IMG/VR virus record: IMGVR_UViG_2881214049_000001
From: a virus
Length of the DNA stretch: 39,748 bases
Direction: 5' to 3' (one strand)
Position numbers and translations under genes: made by a program. How positions within the stretch are numbered: the first letter of the stretch is position 1; every line of letters starts with the position of its first letter. The notes beneath the pieces were generated by a model that was not told where the DNA came from, made no database searches, and saw only the letters and a program-made list of their open reading frames with translations. Of this stretch, positions 1 through 9,791 are shown piece after piece.

Positions 1-235
1 CTTTAGTAAAGGTACTCACCATTGCCAATGCTGCTGCGCCATCGGTATTACTTGCAGCAATTCGTTGTTCTATTTCTTCTTTTACAGCAGCCTGAAAGCC
101 AAATAATGACTGTTTAGCAAAATTTGCTTCACGGTGATGAGTCGAAGACTCAGTTAATTTATCAAACTCAACAGCCTGCTTTGTGTCATACAGATTAGTA
201 TTCACTAAGGGTACCGCCCTAAATTCACGTCTCAT
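1..235 (-). CDS. Hypothetical protein, N-terminal part (runs off the window edge)
   Basis: Manual translation from ATG at 235 gives MRREFRAVPLVNTNLYDTKQAVEFDKL...AMVSTFTK, open to position 1. Not in the ORF track. Divergent from the recombinase. Confidence 0.6.
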   Translation of the reverse strand, partial: MRREFRAVPLVNTNLYDTKQAVEFDKLTESSTHHREANFAKQSLFGFQAAVKEEIEQRIAASNTDGAAALAMVSTFTK

Positions 236-690
236 TAGTTCATATAATTGTACAAGGTAAGTTACAACTACAATTGTACAATGAAATGGTTGGTTCTAGT
301 TTATCAAGACTGATGCTGTACAACAAGTTGCAAGAGAGCTTCCAATCTAGTTTTATTTTAGTGCTGAACGCAAAGCACTATAAGGCAGGCAGTTACAATA
401 CATGAAATAAAACAATGCACATAGGTTAGCTGTACAACCTTATATTCTCTCTCGGTATCAGTCTAAATTTACGCAAGCAACGTGTCACCGTATGTATATG
501 CGAGCCATACATTCAAAGCGGCTTTTCTATTAATATGGATACGACGTACAGCGAAATCCCAACTATTGTACAATGGTAAAATCCTCCTTATCTGTCGACA
601 AAATACCTGCGCCGCAGTGTGTTATGCTTGATTAGTGATTGTAGCCCAAGCTACACTTATCATTATTGTATAAAAGTATAAGTTGCTCTC

Positions 691-2583
691 ATGGCGTTAA
701 AAGAATATCAATCGTTCAAAAGCAAACTCAGCTCACGGGGTGACCGAAGAGCATTGAATCTGCTATCGACTTTGAACCTATTACGCCATGATATGCTCAT
801 TGATGAGCAAACAATTATCAAAGCCTGCCTCTGTGCAAAGACTTTAGCATCACTTAAAGCGAGGTTGTCCGCGCATTTACAAGCCCATGCCTTTACTAAA
901 AATTCAATCACAACTTATCGCAGCCGCCTCACTCAACTGGCAACCACATACAAACAACACATTAATCCACACGTATTAGATGAACAAGCCAATACGGGGC
1001 AACGTTTAATGCACTATGCCGCTAAATATTGGCCTAAAAAAAACAAAGGACAACTACATACGTTAATCAATGAGTACAGTGGTATTCCAATTGGGACAAT
1101 AAAACGCTGGACGAGTCACGACGCGCAGCCAAGGGCACAGCATGTTGTAGCTCTGGCAAAATTAGAAACGCTCTTTGGATTGGATATGGGCACGCTCACA
1201 CAGTGCGCTCGCATCAATAAGCAGCGCTCGCTAAGCAAGCACATTAAACCAAAGGTACCGTTACCAAAACAACAACCCGAAATCGACCCCTTACCAGCAC
1301 ACTTGCAGTTACAAATTAACGCCCTGCTAGATTTCAAAAATAAGTTAGTCGCGCCGCCGCTTTCACAAGCTAGCTTTGCGATGAGAAAGCGCGAAGCGCT
1401 TCCCCTACAAGGCGCAGGGCGGTGGACAACAACCCCTGATGGCATCAACAGCAGCGCTGAAAACTTTTGCGCTCAAGTCTTACGTTTCTTCCGGTGGGTT
1501 GTGACCTCACATGATATTGAAGTTCAGCAGCTTGATCTTAGCATGCTTACTTGTGTTGAACTCCTTGAGGGTTACACACACGCATGTTTTCGAAGTGAAG
1601 TGTATAACACGCTATTAGCTTTTCTTACGCCGCTATATGGCCTATGTGAGGCAAACTCAGGTTATTTAACTAGGTATCATGCTCCGAAGTGTACCTGGAT
1701 ACTCTACGATGGCCATAGCACGGAGCAATTTGATGGCCTCGACGACTGGCTGAGTCAATCCATATATTTACATCGACAAATTGGTACTTGGATCAGAGAT
1801 ACAAAACATAAAATCAATGAAAGGCGACATGATAAGCAAAGCAGTGGCAGTCGAAATATTCACTGGTTACTCGATAGGCCGGATGCAGACTTATCACAGA
1901 GTATGGCAGAATTACAGTTAATGATTGAAGCCATGGTAGAGTTTGCTGATAAAATAACAGAACCTGCACGACAGTTACTGCCTTTACAGGTGGCAGTGTG
2001 GTTATCACTTAGCATAAAAACTCCATTACGCATTTCAAACTGGTGCGCTATGCAATGGCTTGATGCACCTTTTGCAGCTCAAGCGAAAACACCCGTTTTG
2101 TATAAAGATGCAGGCACATATTATTTAAAAGTTCCCCGCAATTGGCTCAAAAATCGCCGTAGTCTTGAAGTCACTATGGTTGAGGCTAAAATAGAAGATC
2201 CATTTACAATCAAACTGCTAAATCGATTAGCAGCCATAAGGACGCAATTGGCCTGGCCAACCATGAGTGATGCGGTATTTATACAAACCAGAGACAGCAA
2301 AACGCGCGACCGCGGTGCGCCATACACACGTAAGGCACTTGCCAAAGTGATCCAACAGTGGACAGCTAAGACCGCCAAAGCACTTTGGCCAGAGCGGTTT
2401 ATTGAAAATGGCATAAACCCCCACGCCTTGAGACATTTTATGGCCACCTTTGTTCTCGATAAAACCGGTGATTATGGCATGGCAGCAACCAAACTGATGG
2501 ATAGCGTGGCAGTAGTGATTAAGGTCTATGGTAAAAACGACCATGAAACAAATACCATCAAACTGAAGCAGCTTGGTTTATAG
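691..2583 (+). CDS. Large tyrosine recombinase/integrase with long N-terminal extension containing an XRE-like HTH
   Basis: Catalytic residues in the expected order: R (PLRISN), K (WLKNRR), HxxR (HALRH), Y (KVYG). SGIPIGTIKRW...LAKLETLFG resembles an XRE/cro HTH. Confidence 0.8.
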   Translation: MALKEYQSFKSKLSSRGDRRALNLLSTLNLLRHDMLIDEQTIIKACLCAKTLASLKARLSAHLQAHAFTKNSITTYRSRLTQLATTYKQHINPHVLDEQANTGQRLMHYAAKYWPKKNKGQLHTLINEYSGIPIGTIKRWTSHDAQPRAQHVVALAKLETLFGLDMGTLTQCARINKQRSLSKHIKPKVPLPKQQPEIDPLPAHLQLQINALLDFKNKLVAPPLSQASFAMRKREALPLQGAGRWTTTPDGINSSAENFCAQVLRFFRWVVTSHDIEVQQLDLSMLTCVELLEGYTHACFRSEVYNTLLAFLTPLYGLCEANSGYLTRYHAPKCTWILYDGHSTEQFDGLDDWLSQSIYLHRQIGTWIRDTKHKINERRHDKQSSGSRNIHWLLDRPDADLSQSMAELQLMIEAMVEFADKITEPARQLLPLQVAVWLSLSIKTPLRISNWCAMQWLDAPFAAQAKTPVLYKDAGTYYLKVPRNWLKNRRSLEVTMVEAKIEDPFTIKLLNRLAAIRTQLAWPTMSDAVFIQTRDSKTRDRGAPYTRKALAKVIQQWTAKTAKALWPERFIENGINPHALRHFMATFVLDKTGDYGMAATKLMDSVAVVIKVYGKNDHETNTIKLKQLGL

Positions 2584-2814
2584 TGAACATAACTTTTTGA
2601 TAAATAAAAGTTTTTTACAGGGCGTTTTAGCGATAATTGCGTTGAATCGACTTCCAATAGCGAGCTACTGGTGCATAGTGCAATATTTTACCAACTCCGA
2701 GATCTACTGAAAAAAGACCTCTGGTTCCGGACGATTTAGCCCATCGACGCGACAAAAAGGCCACTATGAGAGATAAACAGATCATTGTCTTACCAGCTAA
2801 AAACAGCTTCACAC

Positions 2815-2990
2815 AGGGCGAGACGATGTTTAAGATAGCGTGTATGTCACGTAAACGGTTTTGCACTTTAGGGCTTCTTACTCTATCTTTTCTTCGCAAA
2901 CTTGCAACAGGCAAGGAAGTGGCCGCAGCCAAAGTTTCAAAGTTCGTGTGTAATGACTCAACCCAAAATTTAGGCTCTTCATATTGCCGA
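2815..2990 (-). pseudogene. Truncated remnant of an Xre/MbcA-type antitoxin (boundaries approximate)
   Basis: ETLAAATSLPVASLRRKDRVRSPKVQNRLRDIHAILNIVSP resembles the N-terminal half of Xre/MbcA antitoxins. The rest of ORF 2627..3085 lacks the usual C-terminal AxxW..P motif. Confidence 0.4.
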
Positions 2991-3162
2991 TAGTTAACAG
3001 GGGAACTTAGTAAAATGTCCACAAAAGTCCTAATTAACGACACTAATTCCGCCACATATTTGGACGTAAAGTGGATAAAGTACACTTTTTGTTGACTGAG
3101 CTCCTAGCCTCTCAATCGCTGTTTAGTGGTACCCCACACTACGGAGCTGGTCTTATCGTTAC

Positions 3163-3486
3163 TTAGCTATAGTCTGAAAAATATAAATCGCTACTACGGT
3201 CATTAAGCTGAGTAGCACATAGAAAATGGTGATAGTCCCCTTGCCAGTAACCGACTATTTTTTCAAAATAAGTAAAGTGTAGTGACGACTCAGGCTCTTT
3301 ATCTTGAGAAGGGGTTTGTGGCGGACTAAACAAATCACTTACCAATTTCAGCTGTGTTAGCGAGTCATTGTGTTGATCCAGGGGTAAATTGAAGCTTATA
3401 TTAGTAACATCACAGCATGTCGATTGATACATGCCAATGCTATCGCCATATTGATAAAATGACGTGCAAAAATTATCAGTATTCAT
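3163..3486 (-). CDS. Hypothetical protein (107 aa)
   Basis: ATG start 1 bp after the stop of the ProQ/FinO gene, suggesting an operon. Confidence 0.55.
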   Translation of the reverse strand: MNTDNFCTSFYQYGDSIGMYQSTCCDVTNISFNLPLDQHNDSLTQLKLVSDLFSPPQTPSQDKEPESSLHFTYFEKIVGYWQGDYHHFLCATQLNDRSSDLYFSDYS

Positions 3487-3487
3487 C

Positions 3488-4309
3488 TTATTTAGTCTCT
3501 ACTTTTTGACCGACTGGAATTATCATCTCTGGTGCTAAGGTCGTAGATCGACGCTTACGCTTAATCAGTATCGTAGGTTTGCCCACTGTTTTCTTAAGCC
3601 CCCCTTTTGACTTGCCAATATTCGGTTTTGATAGTCGCTTGGGCTTGTCATTGATAGCTGCGTGAACTTTGACTAGTGAGTCAGATAAATAGGGCCGCGG
3701 AGCAATACGCTCACATAGATCTCGCCCATTTTCAGCCAGCAATTCGTATGTCTGTGCGGCGCTATCTTCTTTCGCGACCCGAAACAAGTAGCTAGCATAT
3801 TTGTTGCGGATCTTAGCACGGGTAAGATCGCTACGAGTAAGCTCTGCTCGCATAATCCCAAGCACTATTTCACGCTCTAACCATTGTGCATAGCGTTCAC
3901 TTTGCAACGCGTTATGCTGCTTAGTCAATCCAACAAGTTGATTAAGAGTATAAATCATTTCTCGGCGCGTGATTTTCCCATCTCGCTTACCATGCAAGTC
4001 AACCCGAGCAGCGCCAACGCCCCACAAAACGCAACATGTTAAATATCTTTTTGAGCGCGCCACATATGCCAACGTGTCTCTGATCACCTGCGCTGAAAAC
4101 TCCCCTTCAAGTTTACGCAATAATTGCGCATGTAAAGCCAATGACCAAGGCCGAGGATCTTTACCAAAGTGTTGGGGGTACACCTTAGATAAGTGTTTTT
4201 GTAATTGCTTTCGCGCATTTAGCATGACTGCTTTTTGACTGCTCAGTCTAGCAGTGATGTCGTCAGCTGGTATTTGCTTGGTTTGACTAGGTGGCAATCG
4301 GTTTTCCAT
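3488..4309 (-). CDS. ProQ/FinO-domain RNA chaperone with basic C-terminal tail
   Basis: YPQHF..DPRPWSLALHAQL...RYL...GAARVDLHG matches the ProQ/FinO core. Start moved to ATG 4309 because GGAGG lies just upstream. Confidence 0.75.
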   Translation of the reverse strand: MENRLPPSQTKQIPADDITARLSSQKAVMLNARKQLQKHLSKVYPQHFGKDPRPWSLALHAQLLRKLEGEFSAQVIRDTLAYVARSKRYLTCCVLWGVGAARVDLHGKRDGKITRREMIYTLNQLVGLTKQHNALQSERYAQWLEREIVLGIMRAELTRSDLTRAKIRNKYASYLFRVAKEDSAAQTYELLAENGRDLCERIAPRPYLSDSLVKVHAAINDKPKRLSKPNIGKSKGGLKKTVGKPTILIKRKRRSTTLAPEMIIPVGQKVETK

Positions 4310-4667
4310 CTTGCCTCCCTCAAACGTTTTTAGCAAAATTAAGCAGGCACGTATATACGCATTGCGCTATCAGTCCTTTATTTACGATGCGCTTGTCATT
4401 TAAAGCAAAAATACAATAGTGCATTGTTCTTATCTCATTATGTTCACAGCAAAATAGCCGCTGCGATATCTCAAGTCTCATGTTTGATTTAAGTTGTACA
4501 ATATAGCAACTTGGGTACAAGGATACGGTTATTCGAGTGCACTGTAAAGCATTTGCTAAAGCCCAATCTATTTTTTACTGCTCGGTAGTCTAATATTGTA
4601 CAACTAAACTCCCTACCTCTCTGTGTCATGTCTCAAAAGCATCATCGATGTTGGCCACCTAACACAT

Positions 4668-5873
4668 TTAGACAAACAAATGGTCCGTATTGATCTGATA
4701 GCCAGAGGACTTCAACCTATCAACCAGGTGGTTTGCTCGGCTCTTAAAAGCACTTTCATTTAACCCTAGCCGTGATGCAAGCGCACCAACCGATACCCCT
4801 TGCACTAGCCCCATGATAACTTCCTGATCCGAAAGCTCCATATCCTCAATAACAGCTTTGTGCACTTTAGCCCCCCCCAGTACAACGATATCTTTATCGT
4901 TTCGTTGTATTGATGTTAGGTTAGGCTGCTCTTTTGTTTGATTATTTATTTGCAAGCTACCCGATTTGCCTTGGGCTTGTGCTAATGCGGCATCCATTTG
5001 CTGAATGCTAGGCGCTTGTTGCTTTGCCATCTGTCGGACCTGCGTCGGAATATCTGGCGCTCGCTTTTGAGATACTGGAGCGATTTGTTCATTCACAGTT
5101 TTAGTTGAAGGATCAGAGGTAGTAGGCTCGCTTGTACTACTCTGTTGCACTTCGTTTTGCTCCCTCTCCGACTTTTTGTGTTTCGATTCATTCTGTTTTT
5201 GCGCTAATGCACCGTTGGTTGCCAATGTTAAAATCACAGCTAAAGGATCAAACACGATAATAATGGCAAAAATAAAATACTTCACCGCTTCGTCTTTATC
5301 GATGTTAAACATATCAGCCACATACAATATCGGACCTACATGTGACTTGGCTTCAAGTATGCGTTTGTTTAATTGAGTTAACACCTCAATCAAGCGGCTC
5401 TCTCGTTCTGCTAACACTTCCAGTTCAGGTCGACGTTCTCGCTGCAATTCAATTCTTTTGGTCACATAGGTATTCGGTACATTTCCTATTTCCGTATGTA
5501 TACGCTCAATATCCTCACGAACGATGGTAAGTTCAATCTGTTTTTGCTCGACAAGCAACTCTATTTCGTTCAGTTGCTTGAGTGAATCTCCATAACCTTG
5601 TGATAGAAAACCAAATATTCCTAATGAAGTGATGGCCATAAGCACCAAGATCGCACTCACAAGATACCCTTTCATGGCTCTGCTAACGTCATCCCACGCG
5701 CGATAAACATAAGATGCAGCAACGAGTTTACCTAATTCAAGGCTTGCCCCCATAAATACCACTGGCCAATAGCTGGCAGAAAACATCGCGGCTAAACCTA
5801 AGATAGAAAAGTACGCCGCATTCCCTGCGATCAACAGCGCAGTAAAAGCCAAAATAGTTATAAAAATCATCAT
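4668..5873 (-). CDS. Phage-type membrane protein (3 TM + coiled coil + TM) with C-terminal HTH-like domain
   Basis: AAYFSILGLAAMF..WPVVFMGASLELGKLVAAS, TSLGIFGFLS, VGPILYVA and IIVFDPLAVIL are motifs I recognise from a conserved large-phage membrane family. GGAG RBS present. Confidence 0.75.
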   Translation of the reverse strand: MMIFITILAFTALLIAGNAAYFSILGLAAMFSASYWPVVFMGASLELGKLVAASYVYRAWDDVSRAMKGYLVSAILVLMAITSLGIFGFLSQGYGDSLKQLNEIELLVEQKQIELTIVREDIERIHTEIGNVPNTYVTKRIELQRERRPELEVLAERESRLIEVLTQLNKRILEAKSHVGPILYVADMFNIDKDEAVKYFIFAIIIVFDPLAVILTLATNGALAQKQNESKHKKSEREQNEVQQSSTSEPTTSDPSTKTVNEQIAPVSQKRAPDIPTQVRQMAKQQAPSIQQMDAALAQAQGKSGSLQINNQTKEQPNLTSIQRNDKDIVVLGGAKVHKAVIEDMELSDQEVIMGLVQGVSVGALASRLGLNESAFKSRANHLVDRLKSSGYQINTDHLFV

Positions 5874-5895
5874 ATTCTCCGTGTTTTACTGAGTA

Positions 5896-6267
5896 CTACT
5901 CAAAAGAAGGGATAGTCATCGGCTGGCTAGATTGCGGCTGAATAGGTGTCAGCATCTCAATGACATAATCACAAGCAGCTTCAAAATCGAATTGTTCTAA
6001 ACTCGTCCCAACCGAGTCATCTGCTATCGTCAACGCTACACAGCGCACACTCGCAACATTGAGTTTTTCGACTTCATTCCTAACGTGGGTGCGCAGCTGA
6101 AGCTGAGCTTGTTCACTTTGAAACTGACTTGGGAATAAGCAATACACTGTCGCAGCAGTATTGCACAGCCAATCTGTTAGTTGTTCACGGCTGGGAAACC
6201 CTTTGACTAACACCAAGTCATTATTCGTGTGCTCTATTCTATGGCGTTTAAATTCAGTGCTTTTCAT
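5896..6267 (-). CDS. Hypothetical protein (123 aa)
   Basis: AGGAG RBS, ATG start, co-oriented with neighbours. Confidence 0.7.
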   Translation of the reverse strand: MKSTEFKRHRIEHTNNDLVLVKGFPSREQLTDWLCNTAATVYCLFPSQFQSEQAQLQLRTHVRNEVEKLNVASVRCVALTIADDSVGTSLEQFDFEAACDYVIEMLTPIQPQSSQPMTIPSFE

Positions 6268-6282
6268 TCATCACTCCTTTTA

Positions 6283-6411
6283 TCATAGCCTGTGTAAAGG
6301 CGCCGAATAGGCAACCAACACTCTCACCACTGTACTTAACGTGCTAGTAATTAATATACTTGCTAGCATAACCAGTAAGCTGATACTGGCGTCTAATGCC
6401 TCAAAACTCAT
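6283..6411 (-). CDS. Possible small hydrophobic protein (42 aa)
   Basis: Manual translation MSFEALDASISLLVMLASILITSTLSTVVRVLVAYSAPLHRL; stops just before the RBS of the next gene; own RBS weak. Confidence 0.3.
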   Translation of the reverse strand: MSFEALDASISLLVMLASILITSTLSTVVRVLVAYSAPLHRL

Positions 6412-6474
6412 CGATAAACGGATAACCCTAGGTTTGGAGTATGCCAGTATCGCAGTCTAATCAATTACGGCAAC

Positions 6475-6505
6475 AAAAAAGCCGCAGTCTACATTCGCTG
6501 CGGCT
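6475..6505 (-). terminator. Intrinsic terminator ending the left structural operon
   Basis: AGCCGCAG...CTGCGGCT stem followed by T6 on the minus strand, downstream of ORF 6543..7427. Confidence 0.75.
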
Positions 6506-6542
6506 ATTGTACAACAGATATTGAGAAAGTGTATCTCTCTGT

Positions 6543-7427
6543 CTAAATTGCTTGGTAACCCTTAGCTAGAGCCCTTGAATCAACTCCTTGGCTGATAAGC
6601 GTAGCCGCTGCGTTAATTTCGTCTAAACGCGATAATGCACGCGCATCCATGCCAAGAGACTGAATCATATGCCCAGCTACTGAGCCATCTGCAAATATTG
6701 AGCGCGTATCCATACCACGCGAAGTAATATAGGGAGCAGACTCCATGCTTGCTTGATTGAAATACTCAGTATGGTAACCAAATCGAGCCAGCAGTAAGTT
6801 ACCCTTAGTAGTAAATCGCAAAGGCTGTAGAGCAATCGCCCTTCTTTCTACAGCAGCAACAGCAACTTTGTTTTGCTCAGGTAAACCGGTACTTGTTAAG
6901 AGCGCTTCAGAAGCTACCTGGGCGTGACTGATAAGCACTTTAGGCTGTATTCTATGCGTACCATGGAGAAGCGCAGCTTCCTGAACCTGAGATAGATTAC
7001 ACAGATACTCTGGTTTTATATGTGCGGTGTTATATAAAAGTGCATCCCTATTGGCAATGGAGTCAAAAAACACATATTCAGGTTTAATAGACGTAGTATT
7101 TAACAGTAACGGATCTAAATTAACCGTTGTGTGAATAAATATATAGCTAACTTTGGGCGACTGAAAGCTGCCAACTAAAACCGGCTCTTGAAGTTCACCA
7201 GTATAATTAGTTAGCACACTCCACCTGGCCGTATGCGCAGTTTTGACTACCAGATCTGAATAATTAGCATCGCCAAAAAACAATAGCTGTTCTTGTGGAT
7301 AGCCAATAAACTCTGTAGTGTGCTGTTTTGCCTTCACCCAATGTTGTCGGTAGCGAGAAACTGGCTTCTCCTCACCGTTCCAACTGTCGCGTAACGTGAT
7401 CCCTTTGTATCGTAAAGTAACGTGCAT
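6543..7427 (-). CDS. Hypothetical protein with short internal repeats
   Basis: AGGAG RBS. Repeats LL.NT..IKPEY and S.G(M/V)D.R(S/A) x3. Confidence 0.75.
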   Translation of the reverse strand: MHVTLRYKGITLRDSWNGEEKPVSRYRQHWVKAKQHTTEFIGYPQEQLLFFGDANYSDLVVKTAHTARWSVLTNYTGELQEPVLVGSFQSPKVSYIFIHTTVNLDPLLLNTTSIKPEYVFFDSIANRDALLYNTAHIKPEYLCNLSQVQEAALLHGTHRIQPKVLISHAQVASEALLTSTGLPEQNKVAVAAVERRAIALQPLRFTTKGNLLLARFGYHTEYFNQASMESAPYITSRGMDTRSIFADGSVAGHMIQSLGMDARALSRLDEINAAATLISQGVDSRALAKGYQAI

Positions 7428-7478
7428 AATGTCTCCTAGCCGTCAGACGCAAATGGTAGGTAATGCCTACCATCACAA

Positions 7479-8210
7479 TCACTCTCCCAAAGCCTCTATT
7501 TCAGCACCGCTTTTGAGTGTATCCACAGAGGAAAGGCGGTTAAGTGCCGCTTCCATTTGTGCTTTTGCATCTGACCAATCATGAAACATATTGGTGAAGT
7601 AAACATCGATAAATTTACTCACTAGAGGTAAATTCACATCACTTTTGCTCATATCCAATCGTGTTAACTGCAACGGAGCCTGTGAATCGTGTAAGCCAAC
7701 CGCCATATCAAAATATTTATAAGTTAGCTGCGCTACATCCAGCGGTGCAGAGCCATCCCAGATTTCATTAGGCCAATCCGTAATGTCTGTCTTGCTACGC
7801 ACTTCGTCTTGATCAACGATGATAAATGCCTGTGCTGCGGTACCACTGTTGCGAATATCAATTGCAAATTTAGAGGTGGGGTTAAAGCGCAGTGCCGGCA
7901 TAATAGGCAAACGCCTCTCTTCTGTATCAAAGTTCGTAGCTGGATCTCCCTTATCAGCGGCCTTTCGATATGTATATGATACGCCGAATTCAGCTAAAGG
8001 CAGTTGAGGTCGGCCCGAAGACCATTGGGTATACCCCACACTCGATGCTAATACCTGCTTATCTGCATCTAACACCACCAATAACGCGGGTTTACCTTCA
8101 ACAATCCGCATTCTTTTAAGATCTTCTGAAGTATCTTTGAACTGAGACTGGGTAGCATACTGTGGCTGCTCAGATGCAGCCAAGATATGTGGTAGGATAA
8201 TAAGTGACAT
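7479..8210 (-). CDS. Putative phage-structural protein, paralogue B1
   Basis: Shares KPALLxVxD..VLASxVG, PALRF, RNSGT and VYFTN..DWS with 9055..9783 and, partly, 15083..15823. Confidence 0.7.
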   Translation of the reverse strand: MSLIILPHILAASEQPQYATQSQFKDTSEDLKRMRIVEGKPALLVVLDADKQVLASSVGYTQWSSGRPQLPLAEFGVSYTYRKAADKGDPATNFDTEERRLPIMPALRFNPTSKFAIDIRNSGTAAQAFIIVDQDEVRSKTDITDWPNEIWDGSAPLDVAQLTYKYFDMAVGLHDSQAPLQLTRLDMSKSDVNLPLVSKFIDVYFTNMFHDWSDAKAQMEAALNRLSSVDTLKSGAEIEALGE

Positions 8211-8221
8211 ACAAAATACTC

Positions 8222-9022
8222 CTATTGCATCATGATGCGCAGTGAAAGTGGCGTAATAGTTTCAAATTCATAACCCCGTCTTGGCAGCTCTATTTGCAAA
8301 TCGGCACCGCTACCAACCAGGCCAATTGTACCAACTATAATCGGTCTTCTTTCAGGTTGATAATCATAAAACATGTGTGAAACATAGCCTGTTACTTTTG
8401 TGCCATCAGGATTTGTGGCACTCTTTGGCGCATACACTTTGTAGCTTTGCATTGTTGGTAAAGAACTTGATTCGCTGATCATAAACCACGTGGGCAGATC
8501 ACCAGATGTAAGTTTGTTCTCTCTACCGGCCTGTATAACACCATTGCGATTACCCGCATTCCAGGTATATTCCTTCTGCCCGTCAAAAGAAAAGTCCATC
8601 ATCCACGATGTCGTTACTCCTTCCAAAGGTGGCAGCGTTTGCATACCTTCAATCGCTGACTCCAACCGCACTCCCTCCGGCAGTATCAAGCCGCTAGCTC
8701 GAACCGACTGACCAAATACAGCTCGAGAATGGTTGTCAGTATGGTCACAGGACAATTCAATAGACCCGAGGTGAGGAAAGTGAAGGTCAAGAGAGAAACC
8801 ATATTTTTCAGTTGCATCCGCAGTAACGACATCACCTTCTTTCATCGCGAAGGTGCCGTAAAGTAATTCTGCTGGGGTAGGCACTCTACCTACAAAACCA
8901 TGCAAGTAATAATTACGTGCACCTTTGTTTTCTGAAGACGTGTCAATGTATGCAGGGCTGCCCCAACGATGTACAATTTCTTTAACCGCCTCATCATTAA
9001 TCAGTGTATTTAATGTAGACAT
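8222..9022 (-). CDS. Putative phage-structural protein, paralogue A1
   Basis: WGSP, GRVPTPAE..YGTF, PTWF.ISE and GTIGLVGSGADLQI shared with A2 and A3. Confidence 0.7.
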   Translation of the reverse strand: MSTLNTLINDEAVKEIVHRWGSPAYIDTSSENKGARNYYLHGFVGRVPTPAELLYGTFAMKEGDVVTADATEKYGFSLDLHFPHLGSIELSCDHTDNHSRAVFGQSVRASGLILPEGVRLESAIEGMQTLPPLEGVTTSWMMDFSFDGQKEYTWNAGNRNGVIQAGRENKLTSGDLPTWFMISESSSLPTMQSYKVYAPKSATNPDGTKVTGYVSHMFYDYQPERRPIIVGTIGLVGSGADLQIELPRRGYEFETITPLSLRIMMQ

Positions 9023-9054
9023 ATATTCTCCAAAAATTTAATTACTATGTGAGG

Positions 9055-9783
9055 CTAAAGGCCTGCGTCCAACATCTCTTGTGGGCTTTGCGTCGTGCTT
9101 ACCGATTCAATACTATTTAATCGCGCTTCTAGCTCCGCTTTAGCATTGGACCAATCACGTAAAAAGTTAGTGAAATACACATTGATATGGGGCTCAATCA
9201 ACTTTATGACTTGATCGTTTTGATCAACGTCTAAAGAGGAAAATCGCAACGTGGCATCCGACTGCTCAGTACCAACCGTTAACTCTAAGTATTTATAACC
9301 ACTGGTTGTTACGTCAAACGGTTCATCACCACGCCACATCTCACTAGGCCAGGTTTCTATATCTATTCTGCTATATTGTTCATTTCTATCGGTAATCAAA
9401 TAGGCATTCGCTATGGTGCCCGAATTTCTAAGTGCTACATCGAAATCCTGATATGGCGTAAACCTCAGCGCAGGGGTAAGCGGTTGCAAATTCACTGTTT
9501 GTGAAAAAGCAGTAACAGCATCAGCGTTGGATGTACGATATGTGAAGTTAACACCATGCTGACTAGGAGAAAGGTTTGAACGTTCCTTTGTTGACCAATA
9601 AGTCGTACCAACCGTAGATGCTAAAACGTTATTCTGCGCATCCACAACAATAAGTAGCGCAGGTTTATATTCAATCTTTCGTGTCAGATGAATATCTCTT
9701 GAAGATTCATGGATTGAAAGCTGAGCATAGCGAGTTCTGTTTTCAGCAGCTATCAATACAACCGGGTGAATAACCAATGACAT
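9055..9783 (-). CDS. Putative phage-structural protein, paralogue B2
   Basis: Clear full-length paralogue of 7479..8210; AGGAG RBS. Confidence 0.7.
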   Translation of the reverse strand: MSLVIHPVVLIAAENRTRYAQLSIHESSRDIHLTRKIEYKPALLIVVDAQNNVLASTVGTTYWSTKERSNLSPSQHGVNFTYRTSNADAVTAFSQTVNLQPLTPALRFTPYQDFDVALRNSGTIANAYLITDRNEQYSRIDIETWPSEMWRGDEPFDVTTSGYKYLELTVGTEQSDATLRFSSLDVDQNDQVIKLIEPHINVYFTNFLRDWSNAKAELEARLNSIESVSTTQSPQEMLDAGL

Positions 9784-9791
9784 AGTAGCTC

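Noticed and set aside
1-235. ParA N-terminus
   Set aside because: Plausible from context, but no Walker A motif lies within the window, so it cannot be supported.
691-2583. Protelomerase (similar size to N15 TelN)
   Set aside because: It has an ordinary HxLRH integrase motif, and I found no long telomere palindrome nearby.
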